Shown here in pieces: positions 9,211-17,694 of a DNA stretch of 51,714 nucleotides. A model generated the notes under the pieces. The model was not told the origin of the DNA. It saw only the letters and a list, made by a program, of their open reading frames with translations, and made no database searches. The stretch is from a virus (Duplodnaviria; Caudoviricetes): positions 1 through 51,714 of the IMG/VR virus record IMGVR_UViG_3300005323_000054; one strand, written 5' to 3'. The position numbers and the translations under genes are program-made. Numbering within the stretch: the first letter of the stretch is position 1; each line of letters opens with the position of its first letter.

Positions 9211-10083
9211 TCATTCCTCTCTGTTCATCTTGAGTTCCATCCCGTAGTTATCGACACCATCGGGGATTACGACCCCCTTCTTCAGGACGAGTTTGTTGTT
9301 CTTAAACGGAGAATAATCGACGTGGTGATGCCATCGTCCGAATCTCCATACTACCTTCGACACGTCGGGGTGCATCGCTACCTGCATTTGGCTCTTGGGT
9401 AAGGTTCCTTCCTTCGAGTAAAACTGTTCCGTATTCCCGCCCTTAATCACCTGTGTCGGCATCTTATACCCGAGGAACGCATTGAATTGGCACGTCACCC
9501 ATCCGTCCTTCAAGGCTCGAAGGGATAGGTCAGTATCCTCGTTATATCGACCCCGCCAGCGATACGGGATATTGTTCTTGATGAGGAGCATCGAGTATAT
9601 CCTCGTATTCAGGACAAAGGGAGGCATCTTCTGTTTCCTCGACGCAAACATGAAGTAGTTGGGCCCGGCTATTGCGACGTTGATATAGCGGTCGCAGAAG
9701 TCTTCCATTGCCCTGAATATCGTCCCATCGGATACCGGGACTTTCAGGTTATTATACAGGCGATAGAATCCGTTAACGTTATCGTCAAAGACCCAATGCC
9801 GTTCCGCTCCGAGGGTGATTGAGTGGTCCCAACAGAAATTCCTCGCTGCCCCCGGTCCTTTACTCTTCGTGTTCCCGAGGTCGTCAAACGTGTCATACTC
9901 CTCGTAGTATTTCGGAGGCATTACGAGGATGTTCTCGGGAGCGATAACCTCTGCATATGCCTCATACTCTCCTTCGTCAATGACGATATAATAAGGGACG
10001 TTCAGGGCTTCAAATGATTTCGCCGTCAGTCTCGATTCTGCCCGACCCTTCGAGACGATATAAACGGGGTATCGCGGGTTCAT
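9211..10083 (-). CDS. GREB1/TET-associated (TAGT-like) glycosyltransferase
   Basis: VYIVSKGR, ARNFCWDHS, HWVFDDN, NTRIYS, RYNEDTDLSL and GGNT motifs typical of phage TAGT/GREB1-like enzymes. Confidence 0.8.
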   Translation of the reverse strand: MNPRYPVYIVSKGRAESRLTAKSFEALNVPYYIVIDEGEYEAYAEVIAPENILVMPPKYYEEYDTFDDLGNTKSKGPGAARNFCWDHSITLGAERHWVFDDNVNGFYRLYNNLKVPVSDGTIFRAMEDFCDRYINVAIAGPNYFMFASRKQKMPPFVLNTRIYSMLLIKNNIPYRWRGRYNEDTDLSLRALKDGWVTCQFNAFLGYKMPTQVIKGGNTEQFYSKEGTLPKSQMQVAMHPDVSKVVWRFGRWHHHVDYSPFKNNKLVLKKGVVIPDGVDNYGMELKMNREE

Positions 10084-10952
10084 TTCTTCTTACCTCGAAC
10101 TTTCGAGGTTGCGGGTTTTTTCTTGGGCGTTTCCTTCGGAGGTTCGACGATATGGACATCTTCTGTCGGAGTTCCGACGAACGCTTTATTTTTTATCGGC
10201 TCGATTTTGGCCTTGGGGAACCAGATGAACCGAGTTCTTTTAAGTATCGTCTGACCTACGAGAGCAGAGAACGATTCGACATCTTCCCACGTCTCGAAGT
10301 GGATAATGACGGATTTTATACCCATCTTATCGGCCTGCGTGAACTCAGGCATCCCTTTCCATTCCTTCTCGTGGTCAAGAGGAAGAGGGTTCATTGCCCC
10401 GAGGACATTCCCGAACTCCCCGTCATTATACCCGATAGTTTCGAGGTCAATCCCTACGTCCTGCAATCCTTCGAGGATACCGGCAAGTTTCGGCATATCC
10501 CAGTCTCCCGTTATCCGGTTCAGAGCGATACCGAGCGCCTGTCTTGTCTCTGGGGTCAGGTGAGGGAGTTCCGCGTCACTGAACGCCCACGATATCCCTC
10601 CGAGCGTCAGGGCATAGAGCGCAGTCTCTCCCCGCTCAAGCAGTATCTTTAACCTCTGATGACCCCCGATAACAATCTTCGTCTCCGTATCATAGACGAT
10701 AGGGTCAACCAGTCCAAAGGTCTTCATCGAGGTCGATATCCTCTGATATTTCGAGTCCTTCGGCTTTAGGTCTGCCCTCGGATTATCGGGGTCAGCAATA
10801 AGAGAGCCGATTGCGATTACCGAGGTCATCAGGGGCTTTTTAGGAGACCGCACTTGGGGCAACGTCTCGTCTGACGCTCCCTTCTTCCCGCTCGCTTTCG
10901 CGGGGTTTTTCTTCTCCGGAACAGGGTCTTTTTGAATGGTTTTACGTGCCAT
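10080..10952 (-). CDS. ParB/Srx-like N-terminal domain protein with a C-terminal WxGMPEF domain
   Basis: DPDNPR...SMKTFGLVDPIV...IGGHQRL...ALNRITGDWD; C-terminal WKGMPEF...IIHFET...IWFP. Confidence 0.8.
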   Translation of the reverse strand: MARKTIQKDPVPEKKNPAKASGKKGASDETLPQVRSPKKPLMTSVIAIGSLIADPDNPRADLKPKDSKYQRISTSMKTFGLVDPIVYDTETKIVIGGHQRLKILLERGETALYALTLGGISWAFSDAELPHLTPETRQALGIALNRITGDWDMPKLAGILEGLQDVGIDLETIGYNDGEFGNVLGAMNPLPLDHEKEWKGMPEFTQADKMGIKSVIIHFETWEDVESFSALVGQTILKRTRFIWFPKAKIEPIKNKAFVGTPTEDVHIVEPPKETPKKKPATSKVRGKKK

Positions 10953-10990
10953 ACTGATACTTCGAGGGTCTGGGGATAATAAAGGTTTGC
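10953..10990 (-). promoter_or_regulatory. Putative TATA promoter for the packaging operon
   Basis: Minus strand AAACCTTTATTAT, about 25 nt upstream of the ATG at 10952. Confidence 0.4.
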
Positions 10991-11079
10991 GTGTTGATGC
11001 GTTCAGGTTCCGGCTCGTTGTTTTACATATGCCATTTTAGACTGATAGCGGGTGTTTCTTTCGAGTTTCTTTCTTTTTC

Positions 11080-11272
11080 CGTGTAAGTATCCGTAGCGAC
11101 AATAACAGGCTGCCAAACAGCACTATCAGGCATTTACAGATATGTTCTCTCGGACAATGACGTGAATGTTTTTCGCTCGGGTCTTTCTCCCGAACCATCG
11201 AAGGGACGTAAACAGAAAAGGGTGATATTGGTGTTTGGCAGCCTGTTTATGTTGAACAAAGAGACTTACACG
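11080..11272. repeat. Long imperfect inverted repeat
   Basis: AACAGGCTGCCAAACA (11104-11119) is the exact reverse complement of 11232-11247; outer CGTGTAAGT (11080-11088) pairs with ACTTACACG (11264-11272). Confidence 0.85.
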
Positions 11273-11349
11273 TTTTTCGGGTAAAAGTTCGTTGCACAGA
11301 TGATGTCAGGCTATTACAGGTGTTGTAAGAAAAGTTCTAGGAACCTTGT

Positions 11350-11403
11350 TTGCTTAAAGTGATTGCTTGAATCCATTGCTTAACGGTATTCCTTCAAGCA
11401 ATC
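11350..11403. repeat. TTGCTTRA direct repeats at 13-bp period plus an 11-bp inverted repeat
   Basis: Copies start at 11350, 11363 and 11376; GATTGCTTGAA (11361-11371) pairs with TTCAAGCAATC (11393-11403). Confidence 0.75.
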
Positions 11404-11650
11404 GGTTGAAAATAGAGATAGACCCTTCATCCTTTGTCTCGTCTATCAGGAGATGCAGGCCATCATTTCGTTCCCCGGGCGAGAGCCCCTTCCGGCGACG
11501 TCCTATTCCTTGAGTTTCGGTTTAGGCGGGTCCATCTCAGGACATGGATTCGTGGCGGGGTGAACGCCTCCGAGGTCTTTCTCCTCTCGAACCTGGGATT
11601 GGGTGAGTTTCTTCGCTCACCCGAGGATGTGCTTACCTTGCGGGGATGAT

Positions 11651-12106
11651 TCAGGGGAGAGGTATTGTAGTGACGTGCTTGTTGCCGTTGTCGTCAATCC
11701 ATGTGTTCTTCAGTCCTGTTACTGACTCGTTGGGATTAATCCATGTTTTATACCGTTCCGGGGTCTCCGGGAGCGTGTAGAGGTAGCGTTTCAGGACGTT
11801 TCTCTCGTAGAGGACGTGACTGTATGCCAGAGGATATTCCTTGATGTGGAGGTAGTTGTTCCCCGAGAAATACTTGACACGGATAATATCGTTCACGAAC
11901 TCACAGGACCATTCCACCGGCGTTCCTTCCTGCCGGGTCTGGCCGGTCGTGAAGTAGTCGTCAGGAGGTAACTGCTGACCGTCGTTCATGATTGCGATTG
12001 CTGCGTCCTGCTCGGTTATTGCTGCGACAGGAGATGCGATACAGATTGCTACGAGGATAATCCACGCAGCCATAATGACGATTGCCGTCTTTGCGGTTGT
12101 TTTCAT
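11651..12106 (-). CDS. Secreted or membrane-anchored hypothetical protein
   Basis: True start probably MKTTAK (12106), giving the signal peptide IVIMAAWIILVAICIASPVAA; the ORF-track extension overlaps the tRNA-like element. Confidence 0.65.
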   Translation of the reverse strand: MKTTAKTAIVIMAAWIILVAICIASPVAAITEQDAAIAIMNDGQQLPPDDYFTTGQTRQEGTPVEWSCEFVNDIIRVKYFSGNNYLHIKEYPLAYSHVLYERNVLKRYLYTLPETPERYKTWINPNESVTGLKNTWIDDNGNKHVTTIPLP

Positions 12107-12210
12107 GTCAGTCTGAATGATATTCTTTGCTCCGAGAGAGAACCATTTGGGAACAGTTTTTCTCTCGGAGCCGTCTTCTCTTCGATACTTGCCGGTGTTT
12201 CTCCGGCTGA

Positions 12211-12283
12211 TGTGCCCGGGAGGAGTTGAACCTCCTTTGTGCGCTGGAACTCCCTGTCCGCCGTCGCACCCCTTAACAGACAC
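12211..12283 (-). ncRNA. tRNA-like RNA (acceptor stem and T-arm, no canonical D or anticodon arm)
   Basis: GTGTCTG/CGGGCAC acceptor stem plus discriminator A; T-arm GGAGG-TTCAACT-CCTCC; central stem GTGCG/CGCAC; 73 nt; AT-rich TATA-like sequence upstream. Confidence 0.6.
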
Positions 12284-12325
12284 TAGAGATTAAAAATTTA
12301 TTATATTGTTCAAGGAAATAATCCT

Positions 12326-12883
12326 TTAGTCTTCGAGAGATTCACGGGCTTTGACAATAAGACAGTAGAACGGACCCCGTTCAATCTGCTCCTTCGCTGC
12401 CGCTACGGTCTCGCTGAAGAGGGGTTCTTCGTCAAAGAACGCCCCCGGGCAAATCGTCGCAAAGGTTCCCTCTGGATAGATGACCGGGAATGATGTCCAC
12501 ATCTTACGAATGAAAGATTCGTCTGCAAACGTCTGTCTCTCGGCTCTCTCTTCCTCGGGTTCCTGATAGGGGATGATTTCGAGAGTAAAGAGAGGGTGTT
12601 TCTCCCTATTGAGATACCCGTTTGCCCGTAGTTCATTGACGGCTTTCTGCAACTCTTCAAGAGGAGTTCCGTCAGGGGCTTTCCATATTACTATCGGGTT
12701 GATTGCGCGACGGGCTTTTTTAAGCCGTTCCTCGAATAGAAACCAGTCGTAGAGACATAGGGTTTTCCCGGGCATCGCCTCTCTTCCGCAGACCCGACAC
12801 AAATCAGGAGCGTTGATACTTCGGGTGAGGTATTCAGCGTAGGTTTCTCTGCACGGGTCCATCGGAGGGGTTCTTTGGGTCAT
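12326..12883 (-). CDS. Hypothetical protein with a CxxC motif
   Basis: Coupled ORF in the minus-strand chain; CRVCG motif. Confidence 0.6.
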   Translation of the reverse strand: MTQRTPPMDPCRETYAEYLTRSINAPDLCRVCGREAMPGKTLCLYDWFLFEERLKKARRAINPIVIWKAPDGTPLEELQKAVNELRANGYLNREKHPLFTLEIIPYQEPEEERAERQTFADESFIRKMWTSFPVIYPEGTFATICPGAFFDEEPLFSETVAAAKEQIERGPFYCLIVKARESLED

Positions 12884-13329
12884 TCCTTTATCATCTTCTC
12901 CCATTCGAGGACAACGGCGAGTCCTTCAGGGATATTCCACGATGCCCTGATACTGTTATGGATGTGTTCTTCTTTCTTGGTGCTCTCCTGAGAATGGTCA
13001 CACGTCCTTCCTTCTGTCGGCTTAATCGCGTGGATTTCACATCGTTCATCCTTGAAAAACGTGCACGGTCCTCCCTCGAATCTCGTTACGTTCCCGGTCT
13101 CTCTTCCCTTGATTGCAGGTTTCAGGATGGGGAAAAGATGTGGAGATATTGAATCCTCCCCGTAACATGAGAGCATCAGCCGTTTCGCGTGGCCTGCGTC
13201 GATAAGTCGTTTCATGTCTTTCGGAGTTCCGATACAGGGAACGAACCCGCACATGGACCGGCAGACTTCGCAGGTGCAGGAGACTGACGGAAGAACGCGG
13301 AGTTCATCTTCCGTGAGAAACTTTGTCAT
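12880..13329 (-). CDS. YkgJ/FliB-like cysteine-cluster protein
   Basis: CTCEVCRSMC...CTFF..RCEIHAIKPTEGR. Confidence 0.65.
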   Translation of the reverse strand: MTKFLTEDELRVLPSVSCTCEVCRSMCGFVPCIGTPKDMKRLIDAGHAKRLMLSCYGEDSISPHLFPILKPAIKGRETGNVTRFEGGPCTFFKDERCEIHAIKPTEGRTCDHSQESTKKEEHIHNSIRASWNIPEGLAVVLEWEKMIKE

Positions 13330-13799
13330 AGTCTCTCATTCCCTGAAAAGTCTTGGAATTGAGCCGAACACTGGACGCTCGTTGGGAACCACGGGAGCGT
13401 GACAACGATTTCGTCCTTGAAGTATTCCGTGCCGCATTCGTCGGGGAATCCTTCAAGCCAGCCACGGTCTTCCATGAACCGATTGAGGGTTTTCCGTTTC
13501 TCCTCTTGATGCTGCATGATTTCGCGGATATAGAGCGCGGGTTTGCTGTCTTTTTCACAGAGAGGATTTTGGTCTCCTCCCGTATAGGGGAATGGAAGTC
13601 CGTGGTCCCAATCGAAATCATATTCGATGCCGTCAACCTCGAAGGTGAAATATTCGTCTGCGACTTCAGTGATTTTCCCGTTGTATTTCTCTCCTGTCGC
13701 TTTATCGAGAGCCCGTTCAATCTCGTCCTGTTCTTTCCAGAACGCTATCAGCCGGTCAATGTCGTGGACGAGGGAGAGATAGAGTTCAGTCGGGGTCAT
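13326..13799 (-). CDS. Hypothetical protein
   Basis: 157-aa ORF with an ATGA overlap. Confidence 0.6.
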   Translation of the reverse strand: MTPTELYLSLVHDIDRLIAFWKEQDEIERALDKATGEKYNGKITEVADEYFTFEVDGIEYDFDWDHGLPFPYTGGDQNPLCEKDSKPALYIREIMQHQEEKRKTLNRFMEDRGWLEGFPDECGTEYFKDEIVVTLPWFPTSVQCSAQFQDFSGNERL

Positions 13800-13940
13800 T
13801 CAACACACCTTTTAACTCGTTCTGAAGGTCAACCATCTCGCTGTATTTCTCGTCGTCGTCAATCTGTGACATGCCGTAATCCATGCAGAATACGACGGCT
13901 TTCACGAGGTTCTGAACGAGCGGGTCGTTTTGGTCAAGGG

Positions 13941-14240
13941 TCATTCCGGTTCCTCCTTCGGAAGATTCTTGAAATACTCTCTGGCTTTCACGAGGTATTT
14001 CTCGCTGTCCTCTCCGCTCTCTTCCCAGAGTTTCTTCAGGGGGGGAATATTTTTCTCCGGGTCTTTGAGGTTGAGCGTCGGAACGGTGCTGATGAGTTTG
14101 TCATGGTCATCGTAATGCAGGACGATATACGGGCAATGACAAATCCTACAGTGTGCGTGACCGTGGCAGATAGACCATTCAAGCAAGAGGTCTCTTCCGC
14201 AGATAGGGCATTTCTCTGGTTCTTTTCCCTCTTCGGTCAT
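13941..14240 (-). CDS. Zn-ribbon hypothetical protein
   Basis: CPIC...CRIC; probable start MTEEG. Confidence 0.6.
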   Translation of the reverse strand: MTEEGKEPEKCPICGRDLLLEWSICHGHAHCRICHCPYIVLHYDDHDKLISTVPTLNLKDPEKNIPPLKKLWEESGEDSEKYLVKAREYFKNLPKEEPE

Positions 14241-14845
14241 GTTCGGTCCTCGAAGATAGGGGTGTTTGTTATTCCTTCGGGAATTGTCCACCCTTTCTTA
14301 TCCACAAAGATATCCTCTATGATTTTCAGTTTCTCTCCTACTTGCTCGGTATGATACCGTGACCGTTCAGGAGGAGCACAGAACCGGCACGAGGTTCCGC
14401 ATTTCTTGAAGTCTTCCGAGTCTTTCGCGTATCCCCACGAGAGCCCCTGATGCCATGCCATGACGTTCATGCAGGCTTCACAGGATTGAGAGCAGAAGAT
14501 TACTGCGTCCTGATAGGGCCAGCCGTCATCCAAGAGAGCAAGGAGAAGTTCGACGTTGAATGAAGATGATGATTCTCCGAGGTATTCCCATATCGCTTCT
14601 TCGATGTGCGAGGATTCGTCAACTACGCCGGTCTTTAATCTGACGAAACCAACGGTCTTGACTTCTCTCCATCCGTGGAAGAATTGTGTCGTTCCTTCGG
14701 GGAAATTACAGAGGTTTTGTCCGAGGGCACATCTCTGCCCATCCGGGAGTTGATAGAACGCTGAAAGGAACCCGTCTTTCCGAAGGTTCATTCGAGGGGT
14801 GTGACGGATGAGTTTTCTTATCCGTCTCTTCAGTTGTTCAAACAT
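14237..14845 (-). CDS. Hypothetical protein with Cys motifs
   Basis: Probable start MFEQ; CSQSCEAC and CGTSCRFC. Confidence 0.6.
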   Translation of the reverse strand: MFEQLKRRIRKLIRHTPRMNLRKDGFLSAFYQLPDGQRCALGQNLCNFPEGTTQFFHGWREVKTVGFVRLKTGVVDESSHIEEAIWEYLGESSSSFNVELLLALLDDGWPYQDAVIFCSQSCEACMNVMAWHQGLSWGYAKDSEDFKKCGTSCRFCAPPERSRYHTEQVGEKLKIIEDIFVDKKGWTIPEGITNTPIFEDRT

Positions 14846-15254
14846 TGGATTTCCCCCTCGAAAGAATCGCCTGCCATAACCCTGCATGACAGTAGTGGAA
14901 CGACGGGAACCGTTCTTCGAGTTCTCCCAGTTTTATCTCTCGGTTCGGCTGAATCCGGCAGAAGTGATAGTTATCGTAGGACTCCGTGCGGAGCATGACC
15001 TCAATCCTGCTTCCGTCACTCGCAGTTCCCTCGAAGAAGATTGCCCCGTCAGTCATCAGGGAGAATTTCATCTTGGTATCTCCGTGAATCTTGACCAGTT
15101 CCTCGTAGGTTTCCGGGAGAAGGACAACGTTGCCAATCTCCTCCTCGATTTTCTTGACGATACCTTCTGCCCTCTGGTGATAGCCTGCATCCTTGTTTTC
15201 AGGGAGGGCTTTCCGGATAATATCCGTGAGGGCTTCTTTGACCTCTGATTTCAT
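14838..15254 (-). CDS. Hypothetical protein
   Basis: 138-aa coupled ORF. Confidence 0.55.
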   Translation of the reverse strand: MKSEVKEALTDIIRKALPENKDAGYHQRAEGIVKKIEEEIGNVVLLPETYEELVKIHGDTKMKFSLMTDGAIFFEGTASDGSRIEVMLRTESYDNYHFCRIQPNREIKLGELEERFPSFHYCHAGLWQAILSRGKSNV

Positions 15255-15255
15255 T

Positions 15256-15444
15256 TCAATCTCTCCCGTGGCTCTCCGGGTCTTGAGAGAACCACCGCAC
15301 CGACCGAAGCGGGATATGGCGGTTCTTTCCGTTCGTAAGTCTCATCCAGAGGAGGTCAGAGCCGAAGCGAACTTCTGATGCCTCGAACTCCTCCAAGTAT
15401 CCGTCGTGCCATCGCACGCTCACGTTGATTTTCTTCTCGGTCAT
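15256..15444 (-). CDS. Small hypothetical protein
   Basis: Probable start MTEKKINV; compact, beta-rich. Confidence 0.55.
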   Translation of the reverse strand: MTEKKINVSVRWHDGYLEEFEASEVRFGSDLLWMRLTNGKNRHIPLRSVRWFSQDPESHGRD

Positions 15445-15445
15445 T

Positions 15446-15646
15446 TTAATCGAACCTGTCTCCGATTTCTGTGATGATTTTCCCGAAGAGAATGACATCG
15501 GCTCTCGTATATCCATTCCCTATGAGGTAACTGGTAGTTTTTCCAGCCTCTTCGTGAACCTCAAGGACGTGTTGGTTCCTCTTCCTGTTCGCAAGTGCCA
15601 TCTGTTCTTTTTCTGACGTTTTTGTTGTCGGTTCTTTTTCTGTCAT
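15446..15646 (-). CDS. Small hypothetical protein
   Basis: 66-aa ORF in the chain. Confidence 0.5.
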   Translation of the reverse strand: MTEKEPTTKTSEKEQMALANRKRNQHVLEVHEEAGKTTSYLIGNGYTRADVILFGKIITEIGDRFD

Positions 15647-15652
15647 TTCGAT

Positions 15653-15967
15653 TCAACTCCTGAATGATAATCTTCTTTCTTTCCTCAATGGACACCAATC
15701 GGGCCGGAGAAGGATAGCCGGTCCTTGACTCTTGGGATTGAGGCAGACCAGTTCGTTTCCCTCTCTCGGTTTCCCGCAATGGTAGGTGAATGAGATTCTC
15801 CCCGTTTTCTGGTCGATGTTCGTCTGGGTCCAGATATATGAGAATTTCGGGCAGCAAATATCCTGAAGGCACGGGAGCGAGCCTTTCCCGAAATACATTG
15901 CGCTCTCGATTTCGCTGAAGTCATAGAACTTCCCTTTGACGAACACGCCTCCTTCTGCTGGCATCAT
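15653..15967 (-). CDS. Cys-containing hypothetical protein
   Basis: Ends in the PDWCPL motif common in small viral proteins. Confidence 0.55.
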   Translation of the reverse strand: MMPAEGGVFVKGKFYDFSEIESAMYFGKGSLPCLQDICCPKFSYIWTQTNIDQKTGRISFTYHCGKPREGNELVCLNPKSQGPAILLRPDWCPLRKERRLSFRS

Positions 15968-15971
15968 CGTT

Positions 15972-16166
15972 TTAGTCCTCCCTCGGGTCGAACGGTTTAT
16001 TCTTACACACGGGGCACATCTTCGTATCCCCTACATCTTCCGGCCCGTCCTCTCCGTTTGTCCTGACGTAATTACTTTCGAGGTCGTCGAATACCGAATC
16101 ATCGACGGTTGCACCGCAGAACGGGCAGACGTAGACGATACGCCACTTGGTTTCTTCCATCATCAT
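15972..16166 (-). CDS. Zn-ribbon protein
   Basis: CPFC...CPVC. Confidence 0.6.
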   Translation of the reverse strand: MMMEETKWRIVYVCPFCGATVDDSVFDDLESNYVRTNGEDGPEDVGDTKMCPVCKNKPFDPRED

Positions 16167-16236
16167 TTCCCCAGTAATCTCAAGGTCTTCTGAATCTATC
16201 GTTCAGAGAGCCCGTGGTTTTTCTCCTTTTTTATAT

Positions 16237-16434
16237 TCAATTGAAAAACCCCATCATATCTCTCACATCATCCTCTTTTCGTTGCTGCTTTGTCCGGTAA
16301 TTGTCTATTACATGGAGGCATCCCCCCGGGAGATCACACCCTTCTATCTCGTTCCCGGGTTGATATTTGGGTTTGTTGCAAACATTTAGTCTACATTTGG
16401 TTTTTTTACAATCTCCACATCCATGATACGTCAT
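16237..16434 (-). CDS. Small Cys-rich protein
   Basis: CGDC...C...C; six Cys in 65 aa. Confidence 0.5.
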   Translation of the reverse strand: MTYHGCGDCKKTKCRLNVCNKPKYQPGNEIEGCDLPGGCLHVIDNYRTKQQRKEDDVRDMMGFFN

Positions 16435-16601
16435 TTCTTCACCTTCGGTTCATTCTGACTCTCCACGTACTTCATCAGCACATCAAGCGATACCTGCCCG
16501 GTCGAGGCTATATACTTTGAATCTGACCAGAACGAGTCTCCCCATAAGAGGTTCTTAATCTCCGGAAATTCCTGACGGAGATACCGGCTTGACACGCCCT
16601 T
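16431..16601 (-). pseudogene. tnpA: IS200/IS605 Y1 transposase (TnpA) C-terminal remnant
   Basis: Translates KGVSSRYLRQEFPEIKNLLWGDSFWSDSKYIASTGQVSLDVLMKYVESQ; the HUH-containing N-terminal half is absent and an in-frame stop lies upstream. Confidence 0.8.
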
Positions 16602-16652
16602 TTTCTGGGTCTTGGATACACGGGGCTTGTCGAATCCACTCCTCTATACTCA

Positions 16653-17489
16653 TCAATACCATCCCCATTCATCCGCCGTTTCTCTTGGGGGATTTACAAT
16701 CTGCTCTCCCCACCTTCGCAGGCCCGGGGGGAACTCCTGCCGGACATTATCACATACGAGGGCTTTCTTCATGCTGCCCTTGAGGAATATCGCAGGTTTA
16801 TTCGGGAGGGCTTCGAGGGCTCTGTCGAGAGTAATCCAGTCCATCAAGGGAAGGTTCTTCATAGGGTCCGGGGTCTTCGCTCCAATGATAATCCACGGTA
16901 TCCCTCTGAAATCCGTCTTTCCTCCGCAGGTAACGTCTCCGAGGAGCGGTTCGATGGAGAGAAAGAGGTTGCGGGTCATACAGGCCGAATTACAGAGCCG
17001 GTCAACCTTCCAAGCGTCTTTCTCGCTCGTTATCGTCGTGCCGAACCAACAGTTCTTCGGGAGGTTGGCTTCGTGATACCTCGCCCAGTCGTGAAGGAGC
17101 CGGTTCATGTTCTCGGGGTCTTTCGTCAGGAATAAGAAACGATGTTTCTCTCCTTCGTTCTTGAGTGCCGTCAGTAAGAGGTCGTCGATATACTCGAACT
17201 CCTGCCATTGCCCGAAGGTATCCCCCATAGAATTAATGAAAATCCTTGACGGTTTCTTGATTTTCAGGGGAGCGTCAATCTTCTCGTGGTTGGTTGTAGG
17301 ATGGTTCATCCCGTTCGGATACCGCTCCGGGAAGCGTATCATCATCCGTGCGGCGTAACAGTCTTTTCCGAGAGGACATATATGCTGGATGTCTCCGTTG
17401 GTATCTACAACGAGAAGTTCACGGTTCCTGCATCCATTCGAGGAATTGACCGTTGCATCGCACCAGTCGATTTTCGTATTTTCAGCCAT
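16653..17489 (-). CDS. DUF5131 (phage Gp37/Gp68) family protein
   Basis: MAENTKIDWCDATVN..GC...CYA, IFINSMGDTF, FLTK, WFGTTI, FLSIEPLL, WIIIG. Confidence 0.88.
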   Translation of the reverse strand: MAENTKIDWCDATVNSSNGCRNRELLVVDTNGDIQHICPLGKDCYAARMMIRFPERYPNGMNHPTTNHEKIDAPLKIKKPSRIFINSMGDTFGQWQEFEYIDDLLLTALKNEGEKHRFLFLTKDPENMNRLLHDWARYHEANLPKNCWFGTTITSEKDAWKVDRLCNSACMTRNLFLSIEPLLGDVTCGGKTDFRGIPWIIIGAKTPDPMKNLPLMDWITLDRALEALPNKPAIFLKGSMKKALVCDNVRQEFPPGLRRWGEQIVNPPRETADEWGWY

Positions 17490-17694
17490 GTTTTAACCTC
17501 ACGCATTGACAGATAATTTCTCCGGTATCCTTTTCGATAGTGGTGTTTCCGTATCTCTGTGTTACGGTAATCGGGGTGCATTCCCACGCACCGCAACGAT
17601 GAAGTCCGGGCCCGTATTCCCCAGATGGGTGTCCTTCATGACAGTATGTTCCCGGCCCGAGAACCGAGAAAGGACAGATTACTAATTCTGACAT
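17482..17694 (-). CDS. Small Cys-rich hypothetical protein
   Basis: 70-aa coupled ORF. Confidence 0.5.
   Translation of the reverse strand: MSELVICPFSVLGPGTYCHEGHPSGEYGPGLHRCGAWECTPITVTQRYGNTTIEKDTGEIICQCVRLKHG

Noticed and set aside
12107-12283. N-terminal extension of ORF 11651..12283
   Set aside because: Overlaps the tRNA-like element and hairpins; the signal peptide begins at Met 12106
12211-12283. Calling the element a standard tRNA gene
   Set aside because: No D stem and no 7-nt anticodon loop, so it is reported as tRNA-like only
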